In this document: positions 42,921 through 51,708 of the stretch, piece by piece
How the letters are laid out: every line of letters starts with the position of its first letter
Position numbering within the stretch: the stretch's first letter is position 1
NCBI GenBank assembly: GCA_963695855.1
Contig: CAVOHZ010000010.1
Span: 448,001-512,000, forward strand
Origin: an uncultured Nitrososphaerales archaeon
GTDB taxonomy: Archaea > Thermoproteota > Nitrososphaeria > Nitrososphaerales > Nitrososphaeraceae
DNA length: 64,000 bases
Direction: 5' to 3'
Made by a program: the position numbers and the translations under genes
Notes under the pieces: generated by a model
What the model was told of the DNA's origin: nothing
The model's database searches: none
The model's input: the letters and a program-made list of their open reading frames with translations, nothing else

Positions 42921-42935
42921 ATTAACATTGTTCAA
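42921..42935 (+). promoter_or_regulatory. GTTAAC-N3-GTTAAC-type box upstream of TATA
   Basis: ATTAAC-ATT-GTTCAA-ccata-TTAATAAA; ATG at 42970. Confidence 0.65.
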
Positions 42936-42969
42936 CCATATTAATAAATAAGTGGCCAATAACTATTCC

Positions 42970-43203
42970 ATGGTCACATATAAAAACGACAAAAATAATA
43001 TCGCAAACCTTAGAGACATTACAACACGACATGTGAAAGATATTTTAAGAGGTAGTTCCACGTTATTTAACAAGTTCATGCAATATTTTTATAGTTATTA
43101 TAAAGATATATGTCAAAATTATTCTGAATTTATGAAAGAAATTGATCAACAAAATACTTCGAATAATTCTTACATCATGTTTTCAAAGAGGTCAGATTAT
43201 TAG
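42970..43203 (+). CDS. Small hypothetical protein
   Basis: ORF; start reassigned to ATG 42970 from promoter spacing. Confidence 0.5.
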   Translation: MVTYKNDKNNIANLRDITTRHVKDILRGSSTLFNKFMQYFYSYYKDICQNYSEFMKEIDQQNTSNNSYIMFSKRSDY

Positions 43204-43205
43204 AA

Positions 43206-43444
43206 ATGAATATTACAGCAACGGAAATTTCTCGAGTTCTCATTGCTAAAATAAGTGGGTGTAAGGAGAGCAACAAGAAAATAATATATTCTTTTGTGGA
43301 TCAATATCATAGCTTATGTTTAGATACAAGGATATTTTAGCATCTCAACTAGAAGCATGTGAGAATTTGCTTTTAGCAACTCCAGGTAATGAAGATAAAC
43401 AAATAATTGAAAATGAAATTTCGGAATTAAATAGATATCTTTAA
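43206..43444 (+). pseudogene. Frameshifted small helical protein
   Basis: MNITATEISRVLIAKI... shifts frame near 43325 into KDILASQLEACENLL..ENEISEL. Confidence 0.45.
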
Positions 43445-43567
43445 ATTTATCAGTTACTAAACAAAGTGTTTATTATAATTACCAGACATAACTTTGTTAT
43501 TAAAAAATATTTGAAATCATCAAATCAGATATAGGTATAAATAAAATAAAGAAATCACAGAAAATAA

Positions 43568-43855
43568 CTAGAAATTATCACTGAATTGTCGTGTACGTTC
43601 ATCGACCTGATCTTGTGGTTTTTTGGTGGTTTTCTGATAGATATCTTTATGTTCTCTCTTATCATACTCTTTTTCATGCTCTTCTCTTACATGATGAAGT
43701 CTATCCTTTTCATGAATGAACTCTTTTCCACAATTATCGCATTTTAAAATGGCATGATGATGAACATGTCTAGTGTGATCGATTAATTCTTGATAGGTAT
43801 GGAATTTCTCATCATCTAATTCACAGTTATATTTGTCATGGTGAAATAAATTCAT
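43568..43855 (-). CDS. His-rich C2H2 zinc-finger protein
   Basis: CELD..HTRHVH; CDNCGKEF..HVREEH. Confidence 0.8.
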   Translation of the reverse strand: MNLFHHDKYNCELDDEKFHTYQELIDHTRHVHHHAILKCDNCGKEFIHEKDRLHHVREEHEKEYDKREHKDIYQKTTKKPQDQVDERTRQFSDNF

Positions 43856-44035
43856 TAAAAATCATATGAATTATCAATTATTAAAAACTATCTGAAAGAT
43901 AGACATTTGATTTTAACTTTTATGATTTAATATATTATTACAAAGAAGAGCTAAAAATATAGAGAGAATTTTGACAAGAGTACAGAATATATGTTGGTAA
44001 ATCACTATACGAGAACAAAGGATATTGGAGATAAA

Positions 44036-44203
44036 TCATCCTCCAGATGGCATGTCTTGGTCCCATGTATTTTGTTGATAATTGTCAATAAGTTCATTTA
44101 TTAATTCATCTAACTCGATATTTTTTTTTCGTCTTTGCATTAAATCATCCTTTAATGACCCTAGCCTTCTTAAAGTAAGATCCTGAATCTGAATATTAAC
44201 CAT
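44036..44203 (-). CDS. 55-aa RHH-like small protein (not in ORF track)
   Basis: MVNIQIQDLTLRRLGSLK...LDELINELIDNY. Confidence 0.55.
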   Translation of the reverse strand: MVNIQIQDLTLRRLGSLKDDLMQRRKKNIELDELINELIDNYQQNTWDQDMPSGG

Positions 44204-44308
44204 GTGATAATACTTGCCGGTTAACCAAAGATATCTTTAACTGAAATTAATGTGATGAAAATAAAAGAAGGTATTTTAGATGAGATTAAAATCTAAATAT
44301 TTGGGAAT

Positions 44309-44542
44309 ATGAAGGTGATCAAAATCGTAAAATCAGAAAAGACATATCATTCGCTTGTTTATAATGATTTGGTTACAGAAGTTATAGATGAGGCAAGTTT
44401 TAAAGATTTGTTTGAACTAAATTTTTATCTTCAAACTCTTCAAAAAAAACTAGAATTTGAAGATGTTTTGTTAATTATCCATGATAAAATCAATAATTCA
44501 GTAGATTTGAAAAGGAGTACGGAAGACATTTTTCTTGAATGA
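44309..44542 (+). CDS. Hypothetical protein
   Basis: Clean ORF with TATA upstream. Confidence 0.55.
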   Translation: MKVIKIVKSEKTYHSLVYNDLVTEVIDEASFKDLFELNFYLQTLQKKLEFEDVLLIIHDKINNSVDLKRSTEDIFLE

Positions 44543-44618
44543 TAAATCATTTATAAATAAATCGCAAACATGAAACAAAGAATTAATAAGATTATTCAGT
44601 TTAACGTTGCATGTAGAA

Positions 44619-44816
44619 ATGGGTGGCGTATCAAAAAGAGGGAGAATTTTTTTGGGAAAAAGGATAGGTCCCAAATCTGCAAGACGTGCGAGAAAACCAT
44701 TGAGTGCGGACTGGACCACTGGAAGGGTGCTTAACAGACATTTTGTTAATAGAAGAAAAAACAAGAAACCTACAAGAGGAGATAGAAATCAAAGCTATTC
44801 ACATTATTCATATTGA
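44619..44816 (+). CDS. Small highly basic protein
   Basis: MGGVSKRGRIFLGKRIGPKSARRARK...; very Arg/Lys-rich. Confidence 0.55.
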   Translation: MGGVSKRGRIFLGKRIGPKSARRARKPLSADWTTGRVLNRHFVNRRKNKKPTRGDRNQSYSHYSY

Positions 44817-44910
44817 TTAGGCATCATTATCAAAAGAACGGGTTAAGGATAGATCCATAATTAGATATATTGGAAATCCACTAGGTACTTAAGACTGAAA
44901 TAAAGAAAGA

Positions 44911-46620
44911 ATGAATCTAATAAATTATTTCCCATTTAATACTATAAGAGAAAGACAAAAGAATGTCATTCAAAAAATAGAAGAAGAGATAGAAAATGGA
45001 ACCAAATATATATTTTTGGAGGCGCCTACAGGATTTGGAAAGAGTCCTATCGCCATTGCATTAGCAAGGTACCTCGGCAGTTCTCATATTTGTACTTCAA
45101 CAAAGGACTTACAAAACCAATATTCCAAGGATTTTCCCTTTGTAAAGGAAGCAAAGGGAAAGAGAAATTTTATGTGTCTGTTAAAACAGAATGAAGGAAT
45201 AAAGGAAACTTGTGAATATGGACCTTGTCAGAAAGAAGAAGAATTTGACTGCAATTATAAGACGAGGCTACTGGATTACAAGGTAAGTGGTCTTGGAACA
45301 AAATTTGAACATGCAGGAATAGGTCAGATGGAAAAGATGAAATATGTAAGAAAACATGATTCTCAACTCCGATTTGAGAAAATTGAATGGGAACCATGTT
45401 ATTATTTTCATCAGAAATGGATAGCAATAAAATCATCCCATACCATTTACAACTATAAATATTTCTTATCAGATCTATATTTCTCTAACAATATCGTGAA
45501 AAGAGATTTGATAGTTTTTGACGAGGTCCATAATATAGAATCAGAAATTTCTGATTTCAAGAGTTTCACAATAAATGGGGATCTTATTTCAAAAATGTTT
45601 CCAACTCTAAAATTGCCTCATAAAAAAGAAGAAGAGATAGAAACATGGGTCGATTTTTGTGAAGATTATAGAGACCATATTCTTGATTTTATAGAAGATA
45701 CCCAGATGGCTATAGAAAGAAATGATTTAAGAGAACCTCATACAGAGAAAAATCTAATAGATTCCATCAACAGAGAAAAAAATATTTCCCAAGTTCTAAA
45801 CGACATGAAAAGGAACAAGTCCAATTGGTTGGTAACAAATATCGATAGATCTGTAGATAATTTTATACGAAAAATAACAATTACGCCTTTGGATATTGCA
45901 AACTATTTTAAAGAAATTCTTGAAAATAGTTCTTACGGATTGTTCATGAGTGCGACTATTCTAAACAAAGATTATTTGTGTAAAATTTCTGGTCTTCCTG
46001 AAGATAAAATTGCCTTTATCAGAATAAAAGAATCTGACTTCCCAAAAGAAAATAGACCCATACATCTAATGAATGTAGCTTGGCTAAATAGCAAAACAAT
46101 AGCATCAAGTCTTCCCCCCATCGCAAAAGCTATTGATAATATAATGAGTATTCACAAAAAAGAGAAGGGAATTATTCATACCACATCCTACTTTCAATTG
46201 AACTATATCAAGGATAACCTGAGTACACATAATAAGATGAGATTGATAGAAACCGGACCAAATATGGATAGAATCGAAATATTACAAAAACACTTTAAAA
46301 ATAAGAATCCCACTGTCCTGATTTCCCCTTCCCTATACTATGGACTTGATCTTAAAGACGATTTATCTAGATTTCAAATAATCACTAAAGTTCCATATCC
46401 AGATCTAAGTGACAGGAAAGTATCAACAATGAGAAAAAAAGACATGAATTGGTATCTTTGGAATACTGTTATTAAAGTAGTACAAGCGTATGGAAGAAGC
46501 GTTAGGAGTAAAGAAGATCATGCTAGCACATATATTTTAGATAGTAACATAAGTTATCTTTTAAAAAATGCCAAAGAAATGTTTCCTCAATGGTTCACCG
46601 AAGCAATTATCCAAAGATAA
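44911..46620 (+). CDS. XPD/DinG-family helicase
   Basis: APTGFGKS, DEVH, MSAT, QAYGRSVR; Cys cluster. Confidence 0.9.
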   Translation: MNLINYFPFNTIRERQKNVIQKIEEEIENGTKYIFLEAPTGFGKSPIAIALARYLGSSHICTSTKDLQNQYSKDFPFVKEAKGKRNFMCLLKQNEGIKETCEYGPCQKEEEFDCNYKTRLLDYKVSGLGTKFEHAGIGQMEKMKYVRKHDSQLRFEKIEWEPCYYFHQKWIAIKSSHTIYNYKYFLSDLYFSNNIVKRDLIVFDEVHNIESEISDFKSFTINGDLISKMFPTLKLPHKKEEEIETWVDFCEDYRDHILDFIEDTQMAIERNDLREPHTEKNLIDSINREKNISQVLNDMKRNKSNWLVTNIDRSVDNFIRKITITPLDIANYFKEILENSSYGLFMSATILNKDYLCKISGLPEDKIAFIRIKESDFPKENRPIHLMNVAWLNSKTIASSLPPIAKAIDNIMSIHKKEKGIIHTTSYFQLNYIKDNLSTHNKMRLIETGPNMDRIEILQKHFKNKNPTVLISPSLYYGLDLKDDLSRFQIITKVPYPDLSDRKVSTMRKKDMNWYLWNTVIKVVQAYGRSVRSKEDHASTYILDSNISYLLKNAKEMFPQWFTEAIIQR

Positions 46621-46665
46621 AAAATAAAAGATAAAAAAAGTATATAAGATTTTCATAGTAAAAGG

Positions 46666-47802
46666 TCATTCTATAAAATTTAAAATCGTACTCTGTCCAG
46701 AATTATCTTTAAGATCCAACACTTTAATACCCAATCTTCTTATGTGAATATCTTGATTAACTGAAATAAAATCATTTAAAATAATATCAGCATTAATAAA
46801 TAACTCATGGGGATCTTGGCTAGGAATCCTTAATGTTCTAGATTTTGTTTTAATTTCAAGCGTTTCACTTATAAAAATTAAAGCCAACGTTTTAAAAAAT
46901 AAATTTCTTTGAATTAATTTTTCCAAAATCGAGTTACATAACTGGTGTAGTTCAAATTTAAAATATTCGACATCATGAGAATTTTCTTTTAAAGTTTTTA
47001 TTCTAACAATCTGTTTTATGTCATTATCGCTTTTAACAGGATCGTAATTTATGCCACGTGCGGAATTGCATAAATAATTAGAACAAGCAGATCCAAATTC
47101 TTTTTTAAGCAAGTCCATGTTAGCAACAGAAATATCTTTGAAAGTCTTTATCCCCATTTGATAAAGTTTTTTTTTATTTTTTGGCCCTATTCCAGGAATC
47201 AAACTAATGTCAAGATCTGAAATCAAATTTATAGATTTTTTTGGTTCGATAATAAATAAACCACTTGGCTTTTTATATTTTGACCCTATTTTTGCTAAGA
47301 GTTTATTATAAGATATGCCTATCGAACAAGAGATATGAATTTTTTCATATAGGTTTGTCTTTAACATTTGAGCAATTTCTACAGCCTTATCAAAATCTCC
47401 ATTTAAAAATTCAGTAAGGTCTACGTAACATTCATCAACGCCAACGACTTCGCATTTATCCACTACGGATTTAATAATCTCCATGGCATTGTTAGAAACT
47501 TCAGAATAATATTTTTGATCGATCGGAAGAAAGACCGGATTATCCAGAGAACTTAATTTTGACTTGGCTTCCCTAATTGAGATTCCAGACTTTACACCAT
47601 ATTTTCTTGCTACATAATTAGACGTGCTAACTACTCCGCTATCACTTGTTCTTCCAGAATACACGCACACTATTATTGGAGAATTTTTAATGGATGGATT
47701 TCTGATTTCCTCACATTGAGCAAAAAAATAATCAAAATCAATGTGAAATATAATTCTGATATCACTATTTTCAGATAATGGATCAAAATATCGGAATGTC
47801 AT
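46666..47802 (-). CDS. dinB: Y-family DNA polymerase IV
   Basis: HIDFDYFFAQCE, NYVARKYGV, VDECY, LAKIGS..KP, IPGIG. Confidence 0.93.
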   Translation of the reverse strand: MTFRYFDPLSENSDIRIIFHIDFDYFFAQCEEIRNPSIKNSPIIVCVYSGRTSDSGVVSTSNYVARKYGVKSGISIREAKSKLSSLDNPVFLPIDQKYYSEVSNNAMEIIKSVVDKCEVVGVDECYVDLTEFLNGDFDKAVEIAQMLKTNLYEKIHISCSIGISYNKLLAKIGSKYKKPSGLFIIEPKKSINLISDLDISLIPGIGPKNKKKLYQMGIKTFKDISVANMDLLKKEFGSACSNYLCNSARGINYDPVKSDNDIKQIVRIKTLKENSHDVEYFKFELHQLCNSILEKLIQRNLFFKTLALIFISETLEIKTKSRTLRIPSQDPHELFINADIILNDFISVNQDIHIRRLGIKVLDLKDNSGQSTILNFIE

Positions 47803-47919
47803 AAAATTAATTCATTCATTAATATAAATAAAAGTCACTGTTATAATATTTGTGGGGATAATTACTCATGTATCCGGGTTTAGATATACTTTTTTAGAAC
47901 CAAACCAATTGATCTATCA

Positions 47920-48168
47920 TTGGATGATCCCATTACAATTAACCAAGATGGTATCAAATTAAAACCTGAAATAATGATAAAAGAAGAATTGTATCATTGT
48001 ATTTTTCAAAATAGAGTCTTCCTTTTTTACAAAGATAACGACGAGATCATTCATTGTTATGAGGTAGGTGATCCCAATATCATTACCAAAATTAGGGAGA
48101 ACCCCAATAGCATTAGCGATATTTTCAATGAAATAGTCGAAGAGTCTAACAAAAATATCAAGAGTTGA
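47920..48168 (+). CDS. Hypothetical protein
   Basis: ORF upstream of and co-oriented with alba. Confidence 0.6.
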   Translation: MDDPITINQDGIKLKPEIMIKEELYHCIFQNRVFLFYKDNDEIIHCYEVGDPNIITKIRENPNSISDIFNEIVEESNKNIKS

Positions 48169-48205
48169 AAACATTATATTCCACATTAGATGAGTTATTA
48201 TAAGC

Positions 48206-48508
48206 ATGACCACAAATATTGAAAATACTGGAAATGTAAAGAGAAGTAATGAGATTTTTATTGGCAAAAAGCCGTTGATGACCTATGTCACAGCAACATT
48301 AGTACAGCTGGCCAACGAACCGCTTGTAGTCATCAAAGCAAGAGGCAAAAGTATCCCAAGAGCTGTAGATGTATCTCAAATCATTGTGAAACGAATGGAT
48401 ACACTGGGATATAAGGTAGATTCTGTGAAAATAGGTTCCGAATCAGTAAAATCCGAGGACGGAAGAATCAGAAATGTTTCAACCATCGAAGTAGCTGTTT
48501 CTAGATAG
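48206..48508 (+). CDS. albA: Alba chromatin protein
   Basis: IFIGKKPLMTYV, IKARGKSI.RAVDV, VSTIEV. Confidence 0.95.
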   Translation: MTTNIENTGNVKRSNEIFIGKKPLMTYVTATLVQLANEPLVVIKARGKSIPRAVDVSQIIVKRMDTLGYKVDSVKIGSESVKSEDGRIRNVSTIEVAVSR

Positions 48509-49111
48509 CTGTTTCTAGAAATTAGATCCTTAAAAGCTTTTTTGTTTTTGTATTTAATTCTCTAGTTTTTATAATTTATTTATATCCAATACTTATAGTT
48601 TGTTCAATTTATTATTGTTAGTGTTTTTCAAATGCTATGCTCATAGTAATATAAAACTTGGTTACTTCTAGATAATTTTTATGATATCTTATATACAAGT
48701 TTATATTTATTTTGAATATGGTTTACCTCTAATAATTATATAAAAAATTTAAATTAGATTTTGGGGGTGGAAATTACTTTGAGCCAGGCATTACCACATT
48801 TGTTTTCTTATTAGGTAACATTAAATGTTCATTTAACTTTATCATTATCAGCAAAGTAAAAAGTTATTCAAAAAATTATTTTGTAACCGAATTATATTTT
48901 TAGATCTTGTTATTCTTAGTCAAAATGAAGAATAAAAATATTCTAAATTTTTATCATTATCCAGATCTTTAGGAATTTCATGCTACAGTCTAAAGAAAAT
49001 ACAGATTGTTGTGAAAAGTTCTTGACCTTTAATATCCTATTGCAGTATTATTTGAATTCATATCGGATAAATTAATGCTATATATAAATAAAATAAACAC
49101 ATAATCAGTAT

Positions 49112-49360
49112 ATGATTCAAAAAAGGAAATTACATGATTTAAAATTAAGCTTAAGAGATTTAGATTATGATGAAGGAATCAAAATTAGCGTAGATTCAAC
49201 TAATGAAAAAATTTTTATAAATAAAAATATTCTAGACCAGTATGTCGTTGAATTTACAGGAACAGAATCTAATGAAATAAGATATTATGATAATTTGCAT
49301 CTGGTGATATATGATGTGAAAAAAAGATATCACAATAATTTTCATTTTATAGAATATTGA
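49112..49360 (+). CDS. Hypothetical protein
   Basis: ORF with TATA ~30 bp upstream. Confidence 0.5.
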   Translation: MIQKRKLHDLKLSLRDLDYDEGIKISVDSTNEKIFINKNILDQYVVEFTGTESNEIRYYDNLHLVIYDVKKRYHNNFHFIEY

Positions 49361-49726
49361 CAATTTTAAATTAAGAATAGTAATCAATAAACCAAAAACA
49401 GCAACAGCTATTTTAACCTAGTGACTGATTCGTTTCTTCCAGAAATACTATTTTTAATTTGGAAACGTACTAATAGACAAATAATCGAATGCAAAATCAC
49501 GTAGCTGATAATCTCATTTAATATTTTTATTATCAAGTCATCGGTACCAATGATCAAAACGTTCTGTTGGTACTTGAAATTCTGCATTTTCATACCCGGT
49601 GTGCTAATTTTGAACCTACCTTAAAATACAAAGAAAACCTGTATATTATCCAAAGAAGATTTTCATATTGTAAGAGCTCTAAAAACACAAAAATTTATAA
49701 TTTATCCAGCTTTTTGTACATAGATA

Positions 49727-50860
49727 TTGAGAATATTTGATAAATTGAATAATAGAAAAAAAATTATAAATTCAAAAACAAATAATATAAAGGTTTTTTT
49801 ATGTGGTCCAACGGTATATGATACTATTCATTTTGGGCATGCCAGATTTTTTCTTTTTTTTGACCTAGTCTATAGATTATTTAAATTAAGAAACATTGAA
49901 CCAACAATAGTAATTAACATTACAGATATTGATCCAAAAATTCTAACAAGATCTAAAGAGAGAGGAGTTGAATATCCATCATTAGTAGAAGAAAATATTC
50001 AAGAGTTTTTAAAGACATCTGAGAAACTCGGTCTTAATAATTCTTTTATTTATGTTAAGGTGTCTGACTACGTACACTACACAAAAAGGATCATAGAAAA
50101 ACTGATTATAGACAAAAAAGCATACTACAGTTTAGGAAATATTTATCTGAAAGCAGAATTTGGAACTAAAGATAATTTATCCGGATTATCCAAGGAAGAA
50201 ATGAAGGATATGAGATTTGATATTAATCCTGGAAAAAAATCTCCTACAGATATTCTGCTATGGAACTGCTCGGATGTATTTGAAAATCTATTTAATGATT
50301 CGGAATTAGGAGATGGCGTCCCATGGTGGCATATTCAAGATGTTTCCGTTATATGTGGGATATTTTCAGGAAAGTATGATATCCACGGTGGAGCAACGGA
50401 TCTCATTCTTCCCCATCATGAATATATAAGTTCTATTCTATACAGTATAAAAAATAGTAAGAAATACCCAAATATTTGGATGCACGTAGGACTAGTATAC
50501 CTGAAAAATAAAAAAATGTCTAAATCTACAGGACATTATCTTTCGATTAATGATTTATTAAATAAATACAATGCTAACACTATAAGACTTTATTCATATT
50601 CTGAAAATTACCACGATCCATTATTTTTTTCCTATAAAGGCATAAACGAATACAGAGAATTAGAGAATAGAATAAGAGAAATATTCATTTCAGAATACAC
50701 AGTTCCCGAAAAAAATAGCAGTAAAATAAAAAAGTTTATAGAGTATTTAACAGATGATTTTAACACAGTAGATGCTCTTATTGTTTTAAAAGAAGCTGTA
50801 GAAGAAAAAAGATATTGTGAAATCAAAAAGATGGTGGAAATTTTTGGACTCAGATATTAG
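49727..50860 (+). CDS. Truncated, divergent cysteinyl-tRNA-synthetase-like protein (MshC-like architecture)
   Basis: CGPTVYD..HFGH, NITDID, DIHGG..DL..PHHE, KMSKS; PWWHIQD instead of PGWHIEC; no anticodon-binding domain. Confidence 0.8.
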   Translation: MRIFDKLNNRKKIINSKTNNIKVFLCGPTVYDTIHFGHARFFLFFDLVYRLFKLRNIEPTIVINITDIDPKILTRSKERGVEYPSLVEENIQEFLKTSEKLGLNNSFIYVKVSDYVHYTKRIIEKLIIDKKAYYSLGNIYLKAEFGTKDNLSGLSKEEMKDMRFDINPGKKSPTDILLWNCSDVFENLFNDSELGDGVPWWHIQDVSVICGIFSGKYDIHGGATDLILPHHEYISSILYSIKNSKKYPNIWMHVGLVYLKNKKMSKSTGHYLSINDLLNKYNANTIRLYSYSENYHDPLFFSYKGINEYRELENRIREIFISEYTVPEKNSSKIKKFIEYLTDDFNTVDALIVLKEAVEEKRYCEIKKMVEIFGLRY

Positions 50861-51611
50861 AACGAGGTATAAAATGAACGAATTAGAATTTTGTTCATAC
50901 TGGGTCAAAAATTATCCGATTGATTTGTCGACAAATATTTTTGTTAATTCAGATTTTCCTGAAGATTATTTTTTTAATAGGATAATAAGCAAAGCTTCAA
51001 AATCTAAGGTTATATATGAAGGCATTTCAAATTCAAATTTATTTTTAACAGAAAACGCTTTGAGAGGATTTTTTCACTTGCAAAACTTGAACAAGCAGGT
51101 AATAAAACATTTAGAAAAAAATCATTTTCATTATATGGACATAATTTATACCATGGTATCTCCTAGTAAAATTGGTAAGTTATATAGAAAAGCACCTAGC
51201 GTAAATGTCAAAGAGACGAATAATATTAAAGATTGGAATGATATATTTTGCAAGTCATTCCTGATAACAAGGCGGATTACTAATGTAAAACACGTATTAC
51301 GTCAAAATAGAGAACGATTTATTTTTTTGCTTGCAGAAGTTAGTGAAAAAAATAATAGAAAAATACCTGTAGGATGTTGTTTACTTTTCGAAAATTATGG
51401 ATGTATGGGCTTATATTGTCTAGGAACCATTCCAGAATATAGAAATAAAGGAATTGCTAGAACTGTGATTAAAAAATCCGTGGAAACAGCTAATCTCAAA
51501 GGTTTCAGCAATGTCTTCATACATACATTCCTGAACGATGGTTATATGAATTTCTATAATAAACTGAATTTCAAAATTGTGGATAAAAGTACTATATTTA
51601 GATCTGGGTAA
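50817..51611 (+). CDS. GNAT-family N-acetyltransferase (start may be ~50874)
   Basis: LGTIPEYRNKGIA acetyl-CoA motif A; FYNKLNF. Confidence 0.85.
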   Translation: MKSKRWWKFLDSDIRTRYKMNELEFCSYWVKNYPIDLSTNIFVNSDFPEDYFFNRIISKASKSKVIYEGISNSNLFLTENALRGFFHLQNLNKQVIKHLEKNHFHYMDIIYTMVSPSKIGKLYRKAPSVNVKETNNIKDWNDIFCKSFLITRRITNVKHVLRQNRERFIFLLAEVSEKNNRKIPVGCCLLFENYGCMGLYCLGTIPEYRNKGIARTVIKKSVETANLKGFSNVFIHTFLNDGYMNFYNKLNFKIVDKSTIFRSG

Positions 51612-51708
51612 AAATAAATGAGTTTCATAAATAGATTAAATCTCATGGTTATCCTGTAAGAAAACAAAAAATATAATAGATAATTAAAGTGCTTTAAATT
51701 ACACTTAA

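Noticed and set aside
48492-48519. 14-bp tandem duplication at the alba stop
   Set aside because: Real, but it changes the protein by only one terminal residue
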